DNA of 58,434 nucleotides, the filler included, from Sphacelaria rigidula (lineage: Eukaryota), in assembly GCA_964200075.2 (NCBI GenBank). It is 5 parts of 5 records of this genome, joined end to end, with 100 filler letters (N's around TTAATTAATTAA, not from the genome) between each part and the next. Parts side by side here need not be neighbours in the genome. Positions count along the whole stretch, not along the records: positions 35,123 to 46,729 come from CAXNAA020004718.1; positions 46,830 to 58,434 come from CAXNAA020004719.1; 3 more parts are not named here. One strand, written 5' to 3'. The notes beneath the pieces were generated by a model. That model was not told where the DNA came from. It saw nothing but the letters and a program-made list of their open reading frames with translations, and ran no database searches. The translations under genes and the position numbers were made by a program. Positions 35,246 to 47,309 of the stretch are shown here, piece after piece (positions within the stretch are counted from its first letter, which is position 1; every line of letters starts with the position of its first letter).

Positions 35246-38044
35246 CAGCCGGTCAATCCCGGATGATAATTTTTCAACGATTGCGCCGGACACAACAGGA
35301 GCATTGTCGAGCGACCGGAAACCTCCGCATGGGTCGGACGTGGGACTGCTGGTGCTGGTCAGCCGCGTGCTGTTGACGCTGAGCGAGGACGATAAGTTCA
35401 TGGCTGCGCTGTCCGATATGCCGGCCGGAGGGGTGCGTAACTGGCGTGCGCTTTTTTTCTTTCCTTCTTTCCAATTTTCGAGTGAGAGTGGTTTCAATCT
35501 TGAACGCCGTGGGGCAGGTAGGAAAGGAAGAACTGGTATTTCTCGCACACCACCGCACGGACTGTCGATCTGGCGGAGAAACCATTTTAATGAACCGGTC
35601 GATCCTCTTGATTTCCCCCAACAGCGCCGAGGAGAGTTCTCCGCCCCTGAAATGGAAATGGAAGTCGGCGTTCATCTGCTGGAGGTACTGCTATCGCTGA
35701 CGGCGTGGTCGCTAACCCAGGGTTCGGGAAGCGTGTCGGTTGCGACCCCGGCCCTCGCGGCGGTTGCCCGAAATGCCTGCCCGTTCCTACAGGGGGGCAT
35801 GAGGTGAGGGAGGAGGGTGGAGCGTCCGTGCCTAGCCGTGGCCGTGTGTGGCTTTTGTGTCCATTGTGTGGGTCGAAAGTCAACAGTCGGCGTGCTGTAA
35901 GAGGCTGTGCGGCGCTCAGAAAGGGGGGGGTAGACGTTGGTCAGGGAGTGTGCGTACGGAGTACTGAGTATGGGTAATTGATTTGTCTTGGCGAGCAGAT
36001 CGCGGCAAAACGTCCATTGGAGCCAGCTTCGGAGATCATTTTTTTCCCTTCCGTTGTTCACGTTGTCCCTCTTTTTTGGTTCGATGGTGGTTTTGTCGCT
36101 TCCCCCCCGTTATTTACGGCATCTCCCTCGTTCTGTCCCCGTTTCAGAATATAGGTGTCCGTAATTGCTGATGAGAGTTCAGGCCCAATTAGTCGGAGTT
36201 GGGATCGAGTCCCCCGGGGGCGTAAGTTGTTGGCGAAATTGCGTTGTGAAGTTCTGAAAACAAAATGTAGGAAATGTGATGTAATCTATACCTGTGCTGT
36301 TGTACTATCGATTTGTGCTCTAAAGGAAAGGTTACGCCGTTTGTGTTCCCTTTTGTGTCGTACTACACGCACGTAGGTACTATCTTTTGACAAGATGAGA
36401 TCTTGCATCCGATATAAGTAAGGTTCGCAGGCATCAAATCACACGATTCTGCACATTTTTTTAACACTCACACCGACGCGTTGTTACTACTGTCCGCCAG
36501 CGTATGACCTCCGGGGTGACAGCTCCCATGTTTATCCTTCCTATACCCGAACAACCCAGTAGAACAGGGGTGTACGCAGTTCATTTGTTGCTCGTCCTGA
36601 GCCCCCACCCTTAATCCACCCCTCGATCTGGCAGGGAGCAAACCGCAGAATGGATGCTCGACGCCCTAGAGGTGCAGCTGGGCACGAAGACGTCGACAGC
36701 TGGAGGTGGGGCGGAGGTGGACATGGGCATGGAGGTCGGGGCCGGAGGGGCAAGTTGGCCGTCGTCTTGGGACTCTCCGTCGACGCCCGTGTCCATGGGG
36801 GTGGCTTCGCTGCTGCTGGAGGGGTTGGCCGCCGGCGTGGCGTTCCATAATGATGTAAGATGTTTTGATAGTGCGGCGCTGCCAAACACGGTATCGAAAG
36901 ATGGCTACGTGTAGTTGGTGTCCTGAAGTCGTGACAGTGTGATCATGTTGCTTTTTTGTTGAGGGAGGATGTGGGAAAGTGAAGAAAGCACTACGGTTGG
37001 CTGGTTCCTTCGGGTGTTCGGAAGTATTGCACGGTGGTAAGAACGATGTGGGACAATCACGTACAAATCAGTTTTTGTCGAGGGTGTGTGAGAGTGCGGG
37101 GGGAGGGGGGGGGGCGTACTCATTTGTTGCTTGCCTTAGTCGTGTGACCATTCAATTGACCACGCATTCCATACGAGACGGAGCACCGTTCCTACTCTTG
37201 ATATAGACACCTCCAACATTCCGGCGCTCATTACGTTTCTTTGATAGCTCACTACGTTTCGTCCATACATTACAGCTGTTTTTTGCGGCATCCATACTCA
37301 ACTTCATCTTTGAAGTCTCTCCCGCGTGAAAAACGAACAAAAAAACCGAGCTAACCTCTAGCTCTATTTTTCAGCTCATCTTTTTCTTGTCTCGGAAACG
37401 TCCATCGTGTGGATGATGACCACGGCTGGATCCCAGGGAGTTGAAGTGCGATAATCGAATCAAGATCAAATCAAACCAAATCAAATCAAAATCCTGCGGG
37501 AGAGCGTGTGACCCCCTCGACTTTGGGTCGTGGGAACCCTACAAGCCGAACCCCATCCAAGTCCCAGGCGTAACGGCCAACCCCCCGCCTTCGAACTTGG
37601 AAACCTCGAGAGAGGAAGCTGATTGGCGCGTAAACAGTTCTCGGAAGAGCATGCACCTTACTGGTGTGATGTCCCATCGGTTTTGCCCGTGACGTCCCGT
37701 TATCACAGGGCCGTAGTCCCTCAAACTCGGCGCTAGTATACTTTGCCGATTTTTGATCGAAACATGGTCACACATGAACTGATGGGCTATATTAGTCACA
37801 AGGGCAGGTCTAGTAGAGTATACTCAATGCTCAGTATTTTCGAATAGTCACATACTTAGGGTTAGTACTTGTAATTTGAGTAGAGTATTCGAGATCGTAC
37901 TCATCCATGAGTACACCCTCCTCCCCTCCGTCTCTGTGCTGGTATTAGATGCCTTACCGTCCTCCCCGAGTGAATCACAGACCTTGGTCGCCTCACTGAC
38001 TTCAAAAGCCCATCCGTCCGTCACATCTTCCTTAAAACTTGTTG

Positions 38045-38081
<37 letters not shown>

Positions 38082-39259
38082 CATGTACATACTCAGGAGC
38101 AGGAGGAGCTCATGGTGGCCATGGCAAAGCGATCGCTACCCCCCCAGACTGGCGGCGGGACCAAGCAGCATGACGAGATTTCCCACGGTAGTGTCGGCGG
38201 CGGGTCAGGGGGGGCAGGTGATAGCCGACCCGGCGTACTTTTCTCTTTGGCTGCCAGGGGGGGGTTGCTGAACGGGGGCGACGACGTCGGAACGAGCGTG
38301 TTTTCTTCTTCTGTACTGGCTTCCGGCGAGGGCTGGTTCAAGGTTTCTGTCGCCTGCAGCCCATGGGAGGTACGAAGAATCAGTACTGGTGTTGCGCAGA
38401 GAGGGGGGCAAGGGAAGGACGGACTATTTTCTCAGTACTGCTCTTGCATTCAGAGTTGTGTAAAGATGGGCTGAAAATAAGGGAGATGCGTAGAGTTGTG
38501 TGGTTTGGCCAACCTGTTGAACTGGTCGCAAAAAATCACGACCAGCTACAGTTATCATTTGAAACTGGGTAACTGCGGCGGCGAAGCTGCCCCGCGACTA
38601 CGCCAGCGTTGCCTCGCAAGGCAACGGGGCGGAGTCGCGTAAACGCCCCCCCCCCCCGGCTGTTGAGGGGGCCCGCCGAAGGCCAAAAAATTACGCCCTT
38701 CAGCTTCCGATCTCTTCCTTCAAAACCGCGGGAAATTTTTGCCGTCAAGCGCCAGCACTTCGAACACGTGATCGGTGTACAAAAATATATATGTATGGGG
38801 AAAAAGAAAATATCACTGAACTTTGCGACGTGAGTTGGAGACACGAAGCGGTGAGACAGTAGCACACGTCGGACAACTCAACTCAGGTTACTACGACGTA
38901 ATTCTTTTTGGCATAACTCACCAGTGAGTTATAGCAGCATCACTCAGTTATGCATATCTCGAGCAGGTGAGTTATAATCTTCAACTCTGGTGCACATTCT
39001 GGCCAGGTGAGTTATGGAGCATGACTGAGTTCAGTAATGAGTTGTCCGGCGTGCGGACAGTAATGCAGCATACACAGCGCTACGCGTGTACCACCCAAGC
39101 ACCAGGAACTACTCGTAGAAGCACGACAATTTGGTAACGTTTTTGAGTGTGACTTCATCATCCAAGAAAATTCAACATGGGTCTCAACTGTTCGTCATGC
39201 TTCGGTATCACATTGACCAGCCACCGCTTAACGCTTAACCCTTAACGCTGACAGAATAA

Positions 39260-39304
<45 letters not shown>

Positions 39305-40149
39305 GCACGCACGCTATGAAACGTACTCTTGCTTCACATTTCAGATCCAATAACTGTCTGTGCCCATAACGTCTATTTTTTCAAATATATTGTCTGCGAT
39401 GTTCGTGTCTGTGTCTAGGTGTGTGCGCTGTGCGGTTATATACTCACCTCTGTAACAGCGTCCCCACGGTCATGTTAGCACGACAAAACTTCCGAAATTT
39501 TGATTCGAGTAACACATGTGTACACCAAACACTTTGGAGTATGTCATATATGTCGGGTGAAACAGCTGGTTCAACTTGTTACAAAGCCGACCAGGTAACC
39601 AGTTGTACCACTTAATTGTAACTGGCCAGTTAAACTGGCAGCCAGTTCACAACTCTAGAGATACCCCATTTCGCTCCATGACATGCCCCTTCAAGAAATG
39701 AATTCCAGCAGCCGCTGTATACCTTTGAACAGCTTCTACTTTGGGGGGACCGTTGCCATCTGGTGCGTATTGTTTTCTTGGATAATTTCACACCCTGGAC
39801 AAAATATTATCAATAGATGCAGTAGACAAGGAATGTACTGGCTTGAGTATAGGCTAGTTGCAACTGTTGACGCGACAATAGCCGCAATATACCTATACTT
39901 CTTTCAGTGCATTTTTTTTGTCTATTACAACTTTTGACCACATATTTGTCATTGTCCAGGGTGTGGATACATATCACTCCGCTAGGCAGGGCGAGGACCA
40001 TTTTCACGTTCCTCCTCCCGCCGCAGGTTTGGAAAGTTCGCGACTTGTCGCCCCTTCTTTTCTGTCGTTTCACGATTCTTGACTGCTGCTGGTGCCTCTA
40101 CAGCACGCATACCACAAGTTACTATTTTCACCCCGCTCTGTTTGTTTCA

Positions 40150-40186
<37 letters not shown>

Positions 40187-43186
40187 AAAATCACTCAGAC
40201 AACAATCACTCAGACAAAATCCTTATTTTCGTATAGTGCTCGCGAGTCGGCGATTATTTTGGGCCCTCGTTCGTTTCAACACTCATGTAACGTCCGTATC
40301 CTATCGGGGAGGCACTCGTGTAGTGCATGGCTTTGTCGTCGGGCTATGTACCACGTGTCTAGTGAGTCGTCGAGCAGCAGCCGGGGGGGAGGGGGGAGTA
40401 CACTCTCAACATTGGTGGAAGTACATGGCATAACTGCAGACGACACAACAAAAACAATAAATTACGTCATCATTGTAGTGTGCCCAGGTGATGAGCGATT
40501 TCAGATCTAAGTGAAAGGCAACAAGAAGCCCATGTCAACGGCGGGGGGGTGGGGTGTGTGTTCCGTGGTGTAAGCATATCGTTTATCAGTAAGACAGTAC
40601 ACGTTGACCGATGACCTCTCATCGCTTCGTGTCCGCAATTCGAATTCATGTAACAACTCATTCGGGTGCCAGGAAAGGGAATCTGCCGATGACACAAGTT
40701 GCACTTCCTCTACCAATTCGTTTTTAGCCATCTCTGTATACATTGTCCTAAAGGAACGATCCATGGGAACGAAACTGTTTTCGGCAGGGATGGGCGATAC
40801 GCAAGGTCATCTGGCCATTAGTCGCCACCCTCACGGATCCGGAACGCCAAAAAACATGCACGAGTGACGCGCGCGAACTCATGGCGGATGCCCGTGAGTA
40901 CGTGCTGCGCCCTGCAGGGCTTTGCCCCCCCTGGGACAAAGACGGCGACAACGAGGACGACGAAGATGTCGACGTCGAGCGAAGCCACTCGGTGACCCTG
41001 TCCAGAGCAGCGGCGGCGAAAGCCAACAGCAACAAGGAGATAGAGATGGCGGGAGCAGCGGCAGATCCTGTCGTGGGGGCAGCGGGGGGCAGCGTTGAGC
41101 TTGCCCGCGGGCGAGGCGTCGCGGCGAGCGTGGCCGCAAAGATTCGATCTTCCGTCGTGGGCGGTGCCGGAGGCGGGGGAGCAGCGGCGATCATAGACCC
41201 CGAAGTGATAGAGTCCGCCAGCAAGTCGAGTGAGAGTAGCAAGCGTAGCGGCGTGGCCGCCTCAGGGGCGTTGTCTTTCACGGAACTGAGGGATAAGCAG
41301 AACCCCGGGAAGAGACGCGCCGGCGGTGCTGGGCGCAGGCGCAAGCAGATGGACTGGGTGAGCGAGGGCGGGGATTTGGTGGATGGTGTTCCTGAAGTGG
41401 GTGGGGAGGGAGAGGGGGTTGGGGGGGCTGGAGGAGCGCGGGGTGGGGTGGAACGGCTGAGCTGTGTGGTGGCTGTGGAGGAGCCGTGGCAGTCGATCTA
41501 TCTGTGGAGCTTGTTGTTTGTCAAGACGACGGTGGACGTGGCGTTGTTTGATCGACGCGCCGTCCGACTATTCGAGGTACGTGAGCACGTGTGCTCTTTG
41601 GTGTGTATATTTTGCTCTGGGACGGGGGGGAGGGGGAGGGGCGTACTCATTTGTTGCCTTTCATCATCGTCTGGCCATTGCTCACGCATCCCTTTCGAAA
41701 ACAAGGAAGAGGGGGGAAGAGGAAGTTGTGTTTTTGTGTGTTCGTATGTGCGTATCTGTCTCTTGGCCCGTGTCCGTCACGGGACGTCATGTGCCGAATT
41801 GTTGTTCCGCTGTGGTGCTGCTCGCCAGTTTCGAAAAAGTGTCGTGTGTCCATGTTCAGCCCGTTACGGCGTGACTTGTGTATTTCATTTGATTTGTAAA
41901 CATGTTGGTGGGCGGTATTTCGATTTATCGTTTGCAAGTCATGGTAGACATCGAACGTTTGACGTAGTTGGCGGTACCCATGTATATTCATGTATGGTGG
42001 AACGTTAAAACTCAAGATGAAAGTATACCACGACAAGTTGGCGACCGGCTGCTGCATTCTCCAATGGATTGATGAGAATTGTGGGTATCAATCAATCCAT
42101 CGCCCGGTCACTCTCACTCGTTTTTGTTGTTGTTGAAAATACTTGTCATGCTTCCACGGGTAGGACAAATCATCACGACTCAAAATCGCCAAATTCACGA
42201 TTTCTTCGGTCTGGTTGCCCAAAAGGGAGAAACAAGTTGATACCTGGTCCAAGGGGTATCCACGCAACTTTTGCACCATTCCACGTGTCTGGGCTGCGTG
42301 TNNNNNNNNNNCTCATCATACTAAAACCAAGTAATTTTCAGACGAATCATTATTCGTCCGACCCTTGCATGCTTCCAGCTCCCCCTTCACCGCTCCTCGA
42401 AAGTCAGTAGTATTGAGAAATCAACCCACATCTCTCCCGGTACGTACGTGCATGTAATTTCGGTACCGCCAAGTGATTCAGTACTCCCGCATTGCGTCGA
42501 CTCTCGTCTAGTCATTTTTACTTGGTATAGTCCTCGCTCCCCCATGTTTCCGACGACGGAAATCAGACATTCTTTGAGAGGAAATGTATCCGCTGAGAGC
42601 GAAACGCTCACCTCCCTGTCAGGCCACCGGGCGCAACAGCTTCAGCACATACACAAATACTACACACAAACATGTTTTCCACCCCGCTGATATGCTATTT
42701 CCGTCAACATTTTTTCCTTGTCTTTTTTTTTCGTCCCCTTGATAATCTCTGCGAAACCAAACAACGCATCGTGGCGCGCGGGGTGGGCAGGTCTCGACGT
42801 TTGACGACACCTCCACCACAACCGGCAATACCATTAGCTCCATGGTCGACGAGGGATCCTTCTACACAGACGCCTCCAACCTGGGCTCGTCTGCCTTCGC
42901 TGGCAGCACCAGCGACCATTCCTCGTCGCGTACCTCCCCTGAAGACGAGTACGAGCAACAAACATATACGGAACAGCAGCATTACTCCGACGTTAGCGGC
43001 AGAGCTAGCACAACCGCGTCTTCAGAAGAAGAAAAGCAGCCCCCCGCTCGAGTGGGGAGCAATTCCCCTACCAAGACTGTGATGGACGCTAGCTTGGGAG
43101 CAGGGGGAGGGGTGAAGGGAGTGGCAGGAGAGTTTGATGGCGTGTTTGAGGCGGGGGGAGGGGCTCGTGCGGAGGAGCTTGTTTAA
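35246..43186 (+). CDS. 3' part of a multi-exon gene, probable HID1/Dymeclin-superfamily protein with low-complexity insertions
   Basis: Exons ~35246-35432, 35625-35803, 36635-36854 (alternative donor 36890), 38097-38369, 39960-40026, 40918-41576 and 42791-43186 (TAA). All have AG/GT boundaries with consistent phases. The motif WQSIYLWSLLFVKTTVDVALFDRRAVRLFEV resembles the HID1 C-terminus (WFRTYMWGVIYL...W..TDVKLFEI, recalled). The gene structure is more certain than the product call. Confidence 0.7.
35625..35803 (+). CDS. Exon (RRGEFSAPEMEMEVGVHLLEVLLSLTAWSL...)
   Basis: ccccaacag acceptor, AG|gtgagg donor; phase 2 matches the next exon. Confidence 0.75.
36635..36854 (+). CDS. Exon (EQTAEWMLDALEVQLG...LLLEGLAAGVAFHND)
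   Basis: ctggcag acceptor after a pyrimidine tract; GAT|gtaaga donor (in-phase alternative at 36890). Confidence 0.7.
37100..37225 (+). repeat. Family B copy
   Basis: ggggcgtactcatttgttgcttgccttagtc...gacacctccaacatt. Confidence 0.75.
38097..38369 (+). CDS. Exon (EQEELMVAMAKRSLPPQ...GWFKVSVACSPWE)
   Basis: 273 nt open, ctcag acceptor, GAG|gtacga donor. Confidence 0.75.
38865..39052. mobile_element. Small MITE with TIRs and internal gtgagttat/ataactca subrepeats
   Basis: cacgtcggacaactca ... tgagttgtccggcgtg. Confidence 0.6.
39262..39314. repeat. (CA)n microsatellite (others at ~34166-34184, 40149-40184, 58375-58404; (TA)n at 38047-38076)
   Basis: Seen directly. Confidence 0.95.
39960..40026 (+). 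CDS. 67-nt exon (GVDTYHSARQGEDHFHVPPPAA)
   Basis: Bridges the phase 0 end of the previous exon and the phase 1 start of the next exon; AG/GT boundaries. Confidence 0.65.
40918..41576 (+). CDS. Large Gly/Ala-rich exon ending in the HID1/Dymeclin-like motif
   Basis: ctgcag acceptor, GAG|gtacgt donor, GC-rich coding composition. Confidence 0.8.
42791..43186 (+). CDS. Terminal exon, Ser/Thr/Glu/Gly-rich tail
   Basis: ggcag acceptor, phase 0, 131 codons then TAA. Confidence 0.78.
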   Translation, partial: VSTFDDTSTTTGNTISSMVDEGSFYTDASNLGSSAFAGSTSDHSSSRTSPEDEYEQQTYTEQQHYSDVSGRASTTASSEEEKQPPARVGSNSPTKTVMDASLGAGGGVKGVAGEFDGVFEAGGGARAEELV

Positions 43187-43896
43187 TCGCTTTTATATTT
43201 GGTATCGGGGGAAAGGAAGGATGAGATCGCGGGCTTTCGTACACGTGTGGCGGGTCCCAGCGCGAGAATATCTTACGCAGATCATAAATATCTTACGCGG
43301 AGGGTACGGAGTAGGGCGGGGTGGAGGTAGCCACGGGCAATGTCACGTTCTTCGGTAGAATTTCCGCCTGTTCGGGGGACGGGGACGGGGAGCAGGAGCT
43401 GGGGAGGAGGGAGCATGGATACGTGTATCGATGGTGGATAAATTCTGGGAGTGAGCAAGCACCGTGTGGGAAAAGTTGAGGAGGTGGTCGGCGATTGACT
43501 TGAGCATTGTGTCGCTCTGCCTGGGGGGGGGGCACTGTGCCGAACGGTGCTTGCTGATATAATGGTGTGATTCGTGCTTTTCACGTGCAGGTTGTAGTGT
43601 GTCCCTGGAGATAGCAGGGAAAATCGGCATGGGGTGAACCTTGGACTGGGCTGCGTGCTTGCCAGGGTGTGTTGAATGCCTGCACCCGTGCGATATTCTG
43701 GAGGGCGGGGGCGACGGGCAGGCAAGAGACCTCGTCGCATGTAGGAAGAACCTTGTGTACACTCGCTTCTTCCGATGCTGTAGTGTAAAACAGAATTCCG
43801 ATACCAGGTGCATCCGGTACTTTCAAAATTGGTGTGTCTGGGCGCATACACCACTGACAAAACAGTCATGACAAAAGGGAGGGTTGCGGGGTGTGA

Positions 43897-44200
43897 CGGG
43901 GGGTGTACTCATGATTCTGCATGTCATAGTCAAATTACCACCGACGTCGCATCCCTACAAAGTCTGGATGGACCACTAGGGTTTTCACCGGACCAGGCTC
44001 GCAATCACCAAGTACGAGATGTCGTGATATGTTCGGGGAGTCGCATGAACGGTGAGCTGCATCCTACTAAGATTGTTCAGCCCGAAGCGCACTAACTATA
44101 TTGCATATAGATGGCAGCCTCGAGTGAGTTGCTTTATTTTCTGGTATTGCCACTTCCAGAGACAGCCACGAGTTACCCTGCCTCATGGGTGTCGCGCCCC
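43897..44200 (+). repeat. Family A copy
   Basis: gggtgtactcatgattctgcatg...gcctcatgggtgtc; inverse homologue of 28355-28667. Confidence 0.75.
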
Positions 44201-46729
44201 CGAAACACTGCGCATTACGATGATCCCCTCTACGCCGAGTTGAGGTTTTTTAACCCGAACAATCTGATGTAACTCGACCACCATTATAATTATCGCAAAA
44301 AAATGTACACGCGCGAGAAAACCCCGCGGTAACATGGTTGCGTAGCTTATGCAGTGAGTGTCGTGTTTCGCAGCGTCGTCGCCAAACGACGCCAATCGTC
44401 AAGGGGAAAGTTGGTGACGGGACGTGCTTCTGAACAACCGTAACAGAGATGGGTTATCGATACTTGATTGACAAAAGCGAGATGTCGATACACACGACCA
44501 GGCTGGGCGTCGCTTCCTACACGCAGTGGCCGCGGGTTCGTGATCTTAGTTATCTTGTTGGCTTTGCCGTGGTACGCATGCAAAACCGCTTCGAATGACG
44601 AGTGGGTATTTTACAGCCGCGTGGTATGTCGCTGGGTGGAGCGTGGCAGCTTTTCTTGAGTAAAATTGATGATGGTATCGTCGTTGTTTTTGTATCTTGT
44701 GCTTCGGATTTGTCCGCGCACCTGCTGCGCTACATCATCACGCCGTGGATCGATATCGTCCCATATGCGGTAGTACTCGGCAGGGTTGCTTGCGTTTTTT
44801 TTTTGTTGCTGTGTCAGACGAGCAGCAGTTACGGCAGTGTCGGCGTCAAGCCGTTCTAGTCCCTGATTTAAGGAGTTGCCACACCCTGGTTTGTATACAT
44901 GTCGCTCGGCCGTCTCGATACAAGCGGTATGTATAGTATCTTTATATGTATGTGTTTCGGGTCGGTTTCGCCGATGGAGCCAGTCTTTCCATCGCCGGTG
45001 TGTAGCTCGCCTGTGCTGTTCTCGTGCCGGATACCGCGCCTGGAGAGTAACGGCTTGAACTCTGATGCTGTCGCTTGTTTTGACGTTTTACATGTAGCGT
45101 GTGGAGGGGGGGCTTCGGAGATGGAATTGGAACCTTCAGTACCACACGTGGGAGATTTGTGTTGCGGGTTTATTTGTGTGATAGTACGACACGTATATGT
45201 GATCTGTGCATCATTGATGTGTTTCTCAGCCCATACTACACCCTAACATTACCAAATACTGTAATTTGACGTGTGGGTATGTTGATGATGGGTTTGTCGT
45301 TGATGCGCGGGGCGGGGCGGCCCGGTGCATGGAGGGTTATGATGTCCATGCTCTTCCGCTGTTTTTAGTTCTTCCCGCTTCCATCGAGACAGTCAGTCCG
45401 CAGCAACCCGTTCGATCATTTTGTTGTCATGAACGTTGTGTCCATCGATGCACGTGATCGGGGAAGGCGGGCGGGGAGGGGGGGTGACATGTGTATGAGT
45501 CGTTCGTGTCAAGTTTTTTTCGAGTGGGGAAGAAATACCTTACATTTACTATGTTGAGTCGCGTGGTCCAGGGGGAATTTCCGTGCAAAAGGAACGTTGG
45601 TTTCTGGTTTATTTTCGTGGAACTTGTTTCCAAGAGCGTCTTGGGTACACGGTGGGGCGGGCGTAAGAAAGGCTTATGTATACACCTCAAGGGTGTCGTG
45701 TTGTCTCTTGTTCTTACTCGCTTGTTGCGGTTGCGACAATTCAAAATTAAGCTTCTCTCCCGCTTTTTTGTATCAGCGTGGTGTAGTGGTGGTGTTTTTT
45801 TTGTTTTGTGGTGGTATCCTACTTTAAATGGGGGCAGCAAAGGATCATGCGATTGTTCAAGATACAACTCTTACCCTCCATACGTATGTGCTGCTGCTCT
45901 ATGCCGCCAAATGATGAGCACCGACCTCTCTCTGTGGTTTCATGTACTTGTTGTCGTATTCGAATTTCGTTTGGTGCGGTCCCGTTAAGCGTACCTGGCC
46001 GAAAATGCGTTGGTGGTCTGAACCATCTTGTTTGAAGACGGATTTTCCGCACGTGGTTGCTGGCGATGTATGGAAGACGAATTCAATTGATATTTCAACG
46101 AGTTGCACACATCCGTTCAGTAGTACAAGTAGTGGTACACACTGTAGTGTAGTACCACACGAAACACGTGTCAAAACTCGATGGAGTCATGGTGCCACAA
46201 GGAAGGTTGTTGGTAAACCTCACCTGTGCGTTGATGGTTTTGAAACGCCGCTTTTTTCTGAATCAGCACATACGTCAGGAGCTGGCCGCCTCTTCTTCTA
46301 GTTGTTGGTACTGTGCATCATCAGGAAGGCCATCCATCACTGCGGAGATGTCTTGATGGTTCCCACACTTCCGTCGCCAGCGAGTGCTGGTGGTACGCAT
46401 CGCCGTACTTGCCAAGGGGTATTTTATAGATGGTCGCGTCTCTAATAGAAAGTCGTCCCCATCCTTCATGTGCGTTTTTATATGAGGACGTTATGTCTCT
46501 TGAATGCCATTCATTCATTCAGTAACCGCCTGAGTATTTATTCGGCATTCAAGTCTACTCAAGGCACCGATTGCCGAGCGCATAGTGCCCCCTGATCCCT
46601 CGGGTACCCGCCCCCGGAAATACCCTGTTTGGTACCCGCAGTATTGAGTACAAATACTGAACGCCCCGAGTGATGCTACGGTAGGGATACAGAAATAATT
46701 TCTGAGGTTAGAATTGTTAGGAGCCCCTT

Positions 46730-46829
46730 NNNNNNNNNNNNNNNNNNNNNNNNNNNNNNNNNNNNNNNNNNNNTTAATTAATTAANNNNNNNNNNNNNNN
46801 NNNNNNNNNNNNNNNNNNNNNNNNNNNNN
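46730..46829. other. Artificial scaffold-joining spacer
   Basis: N44-TTAATTAATTAA-N44. Confidence 0.98.
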
Positions 46830-47190
46830 GGGGGGGGGGGGCATGAGGTTGTTAACATAAACGTCAGGTGTCGTAATTTGAGGGCGGGAAAGGCGTTGTT
46901 TTGGAGTTGAACTTCATCTTCGAAGATAATCTCTGGGAAGATGAAATGTTGAATGTGTACCTGCTGCCACTGCATCTTGGTCGAGATGACGAGCTGGGAT
47001 TCATAGCGTATCGGTTCACTCAATCAAATCAAACGAAGAATTCGATCAGTGACTACATCATGTACCCATCTTCATGAGAGGTGTGCTTTTCATTTTCCAA
47101 CAAAAAAGGGATTAAGTTAGAGCGGCTCAAAGCAACTACATGGCACTACACTACACTACCTACACTACAGCAGCGCTTGCATCTGCTTGC

Positions 47191-47309
47191 CTTGAGGATA
47201 GCGGAGCCATCCTGTACGTCGGAGAATAGGTTGTTGATGTACAGCTCGCCGTTATCGATGCCCAAGCTGTTTATCCACATGCGGAACACCTTCTCTTCCC
47301 GCGTGTCGC
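47191..47309 (-). CDS. FIM: Fimbrin exon, start of CH3 (DTREEKVFRMWINSLG...DGSAILK)
   Basis: AG acceptor; ends AAG|gcaagc (GC donor). Confidence 0.92.

Noticed and set aside
36611..36904. Minus-strand exon (PSFDTVFGSAALSKHL...)
   Set aside because: It is the antisense shadow of the plus-strand exon that fits the phase chain. The same applies to ORFs 35231-35548, 38093-38341 and 40748-41344.
37507..37707. Possible 200-bp solo LTR (TGTGA...TCACA) next to a (TCAAA)n tract
   Set aside because: No matching TSD (gagcg vs gggcc) and no second copy in the window.
46321..46518. Chromodomain-like fragment (YKIPLGKYG...VWEPSRHL)
   Set aside because: It lacks the conserved W of VKW, the spacing is wrong and there is no adjacent integrase.
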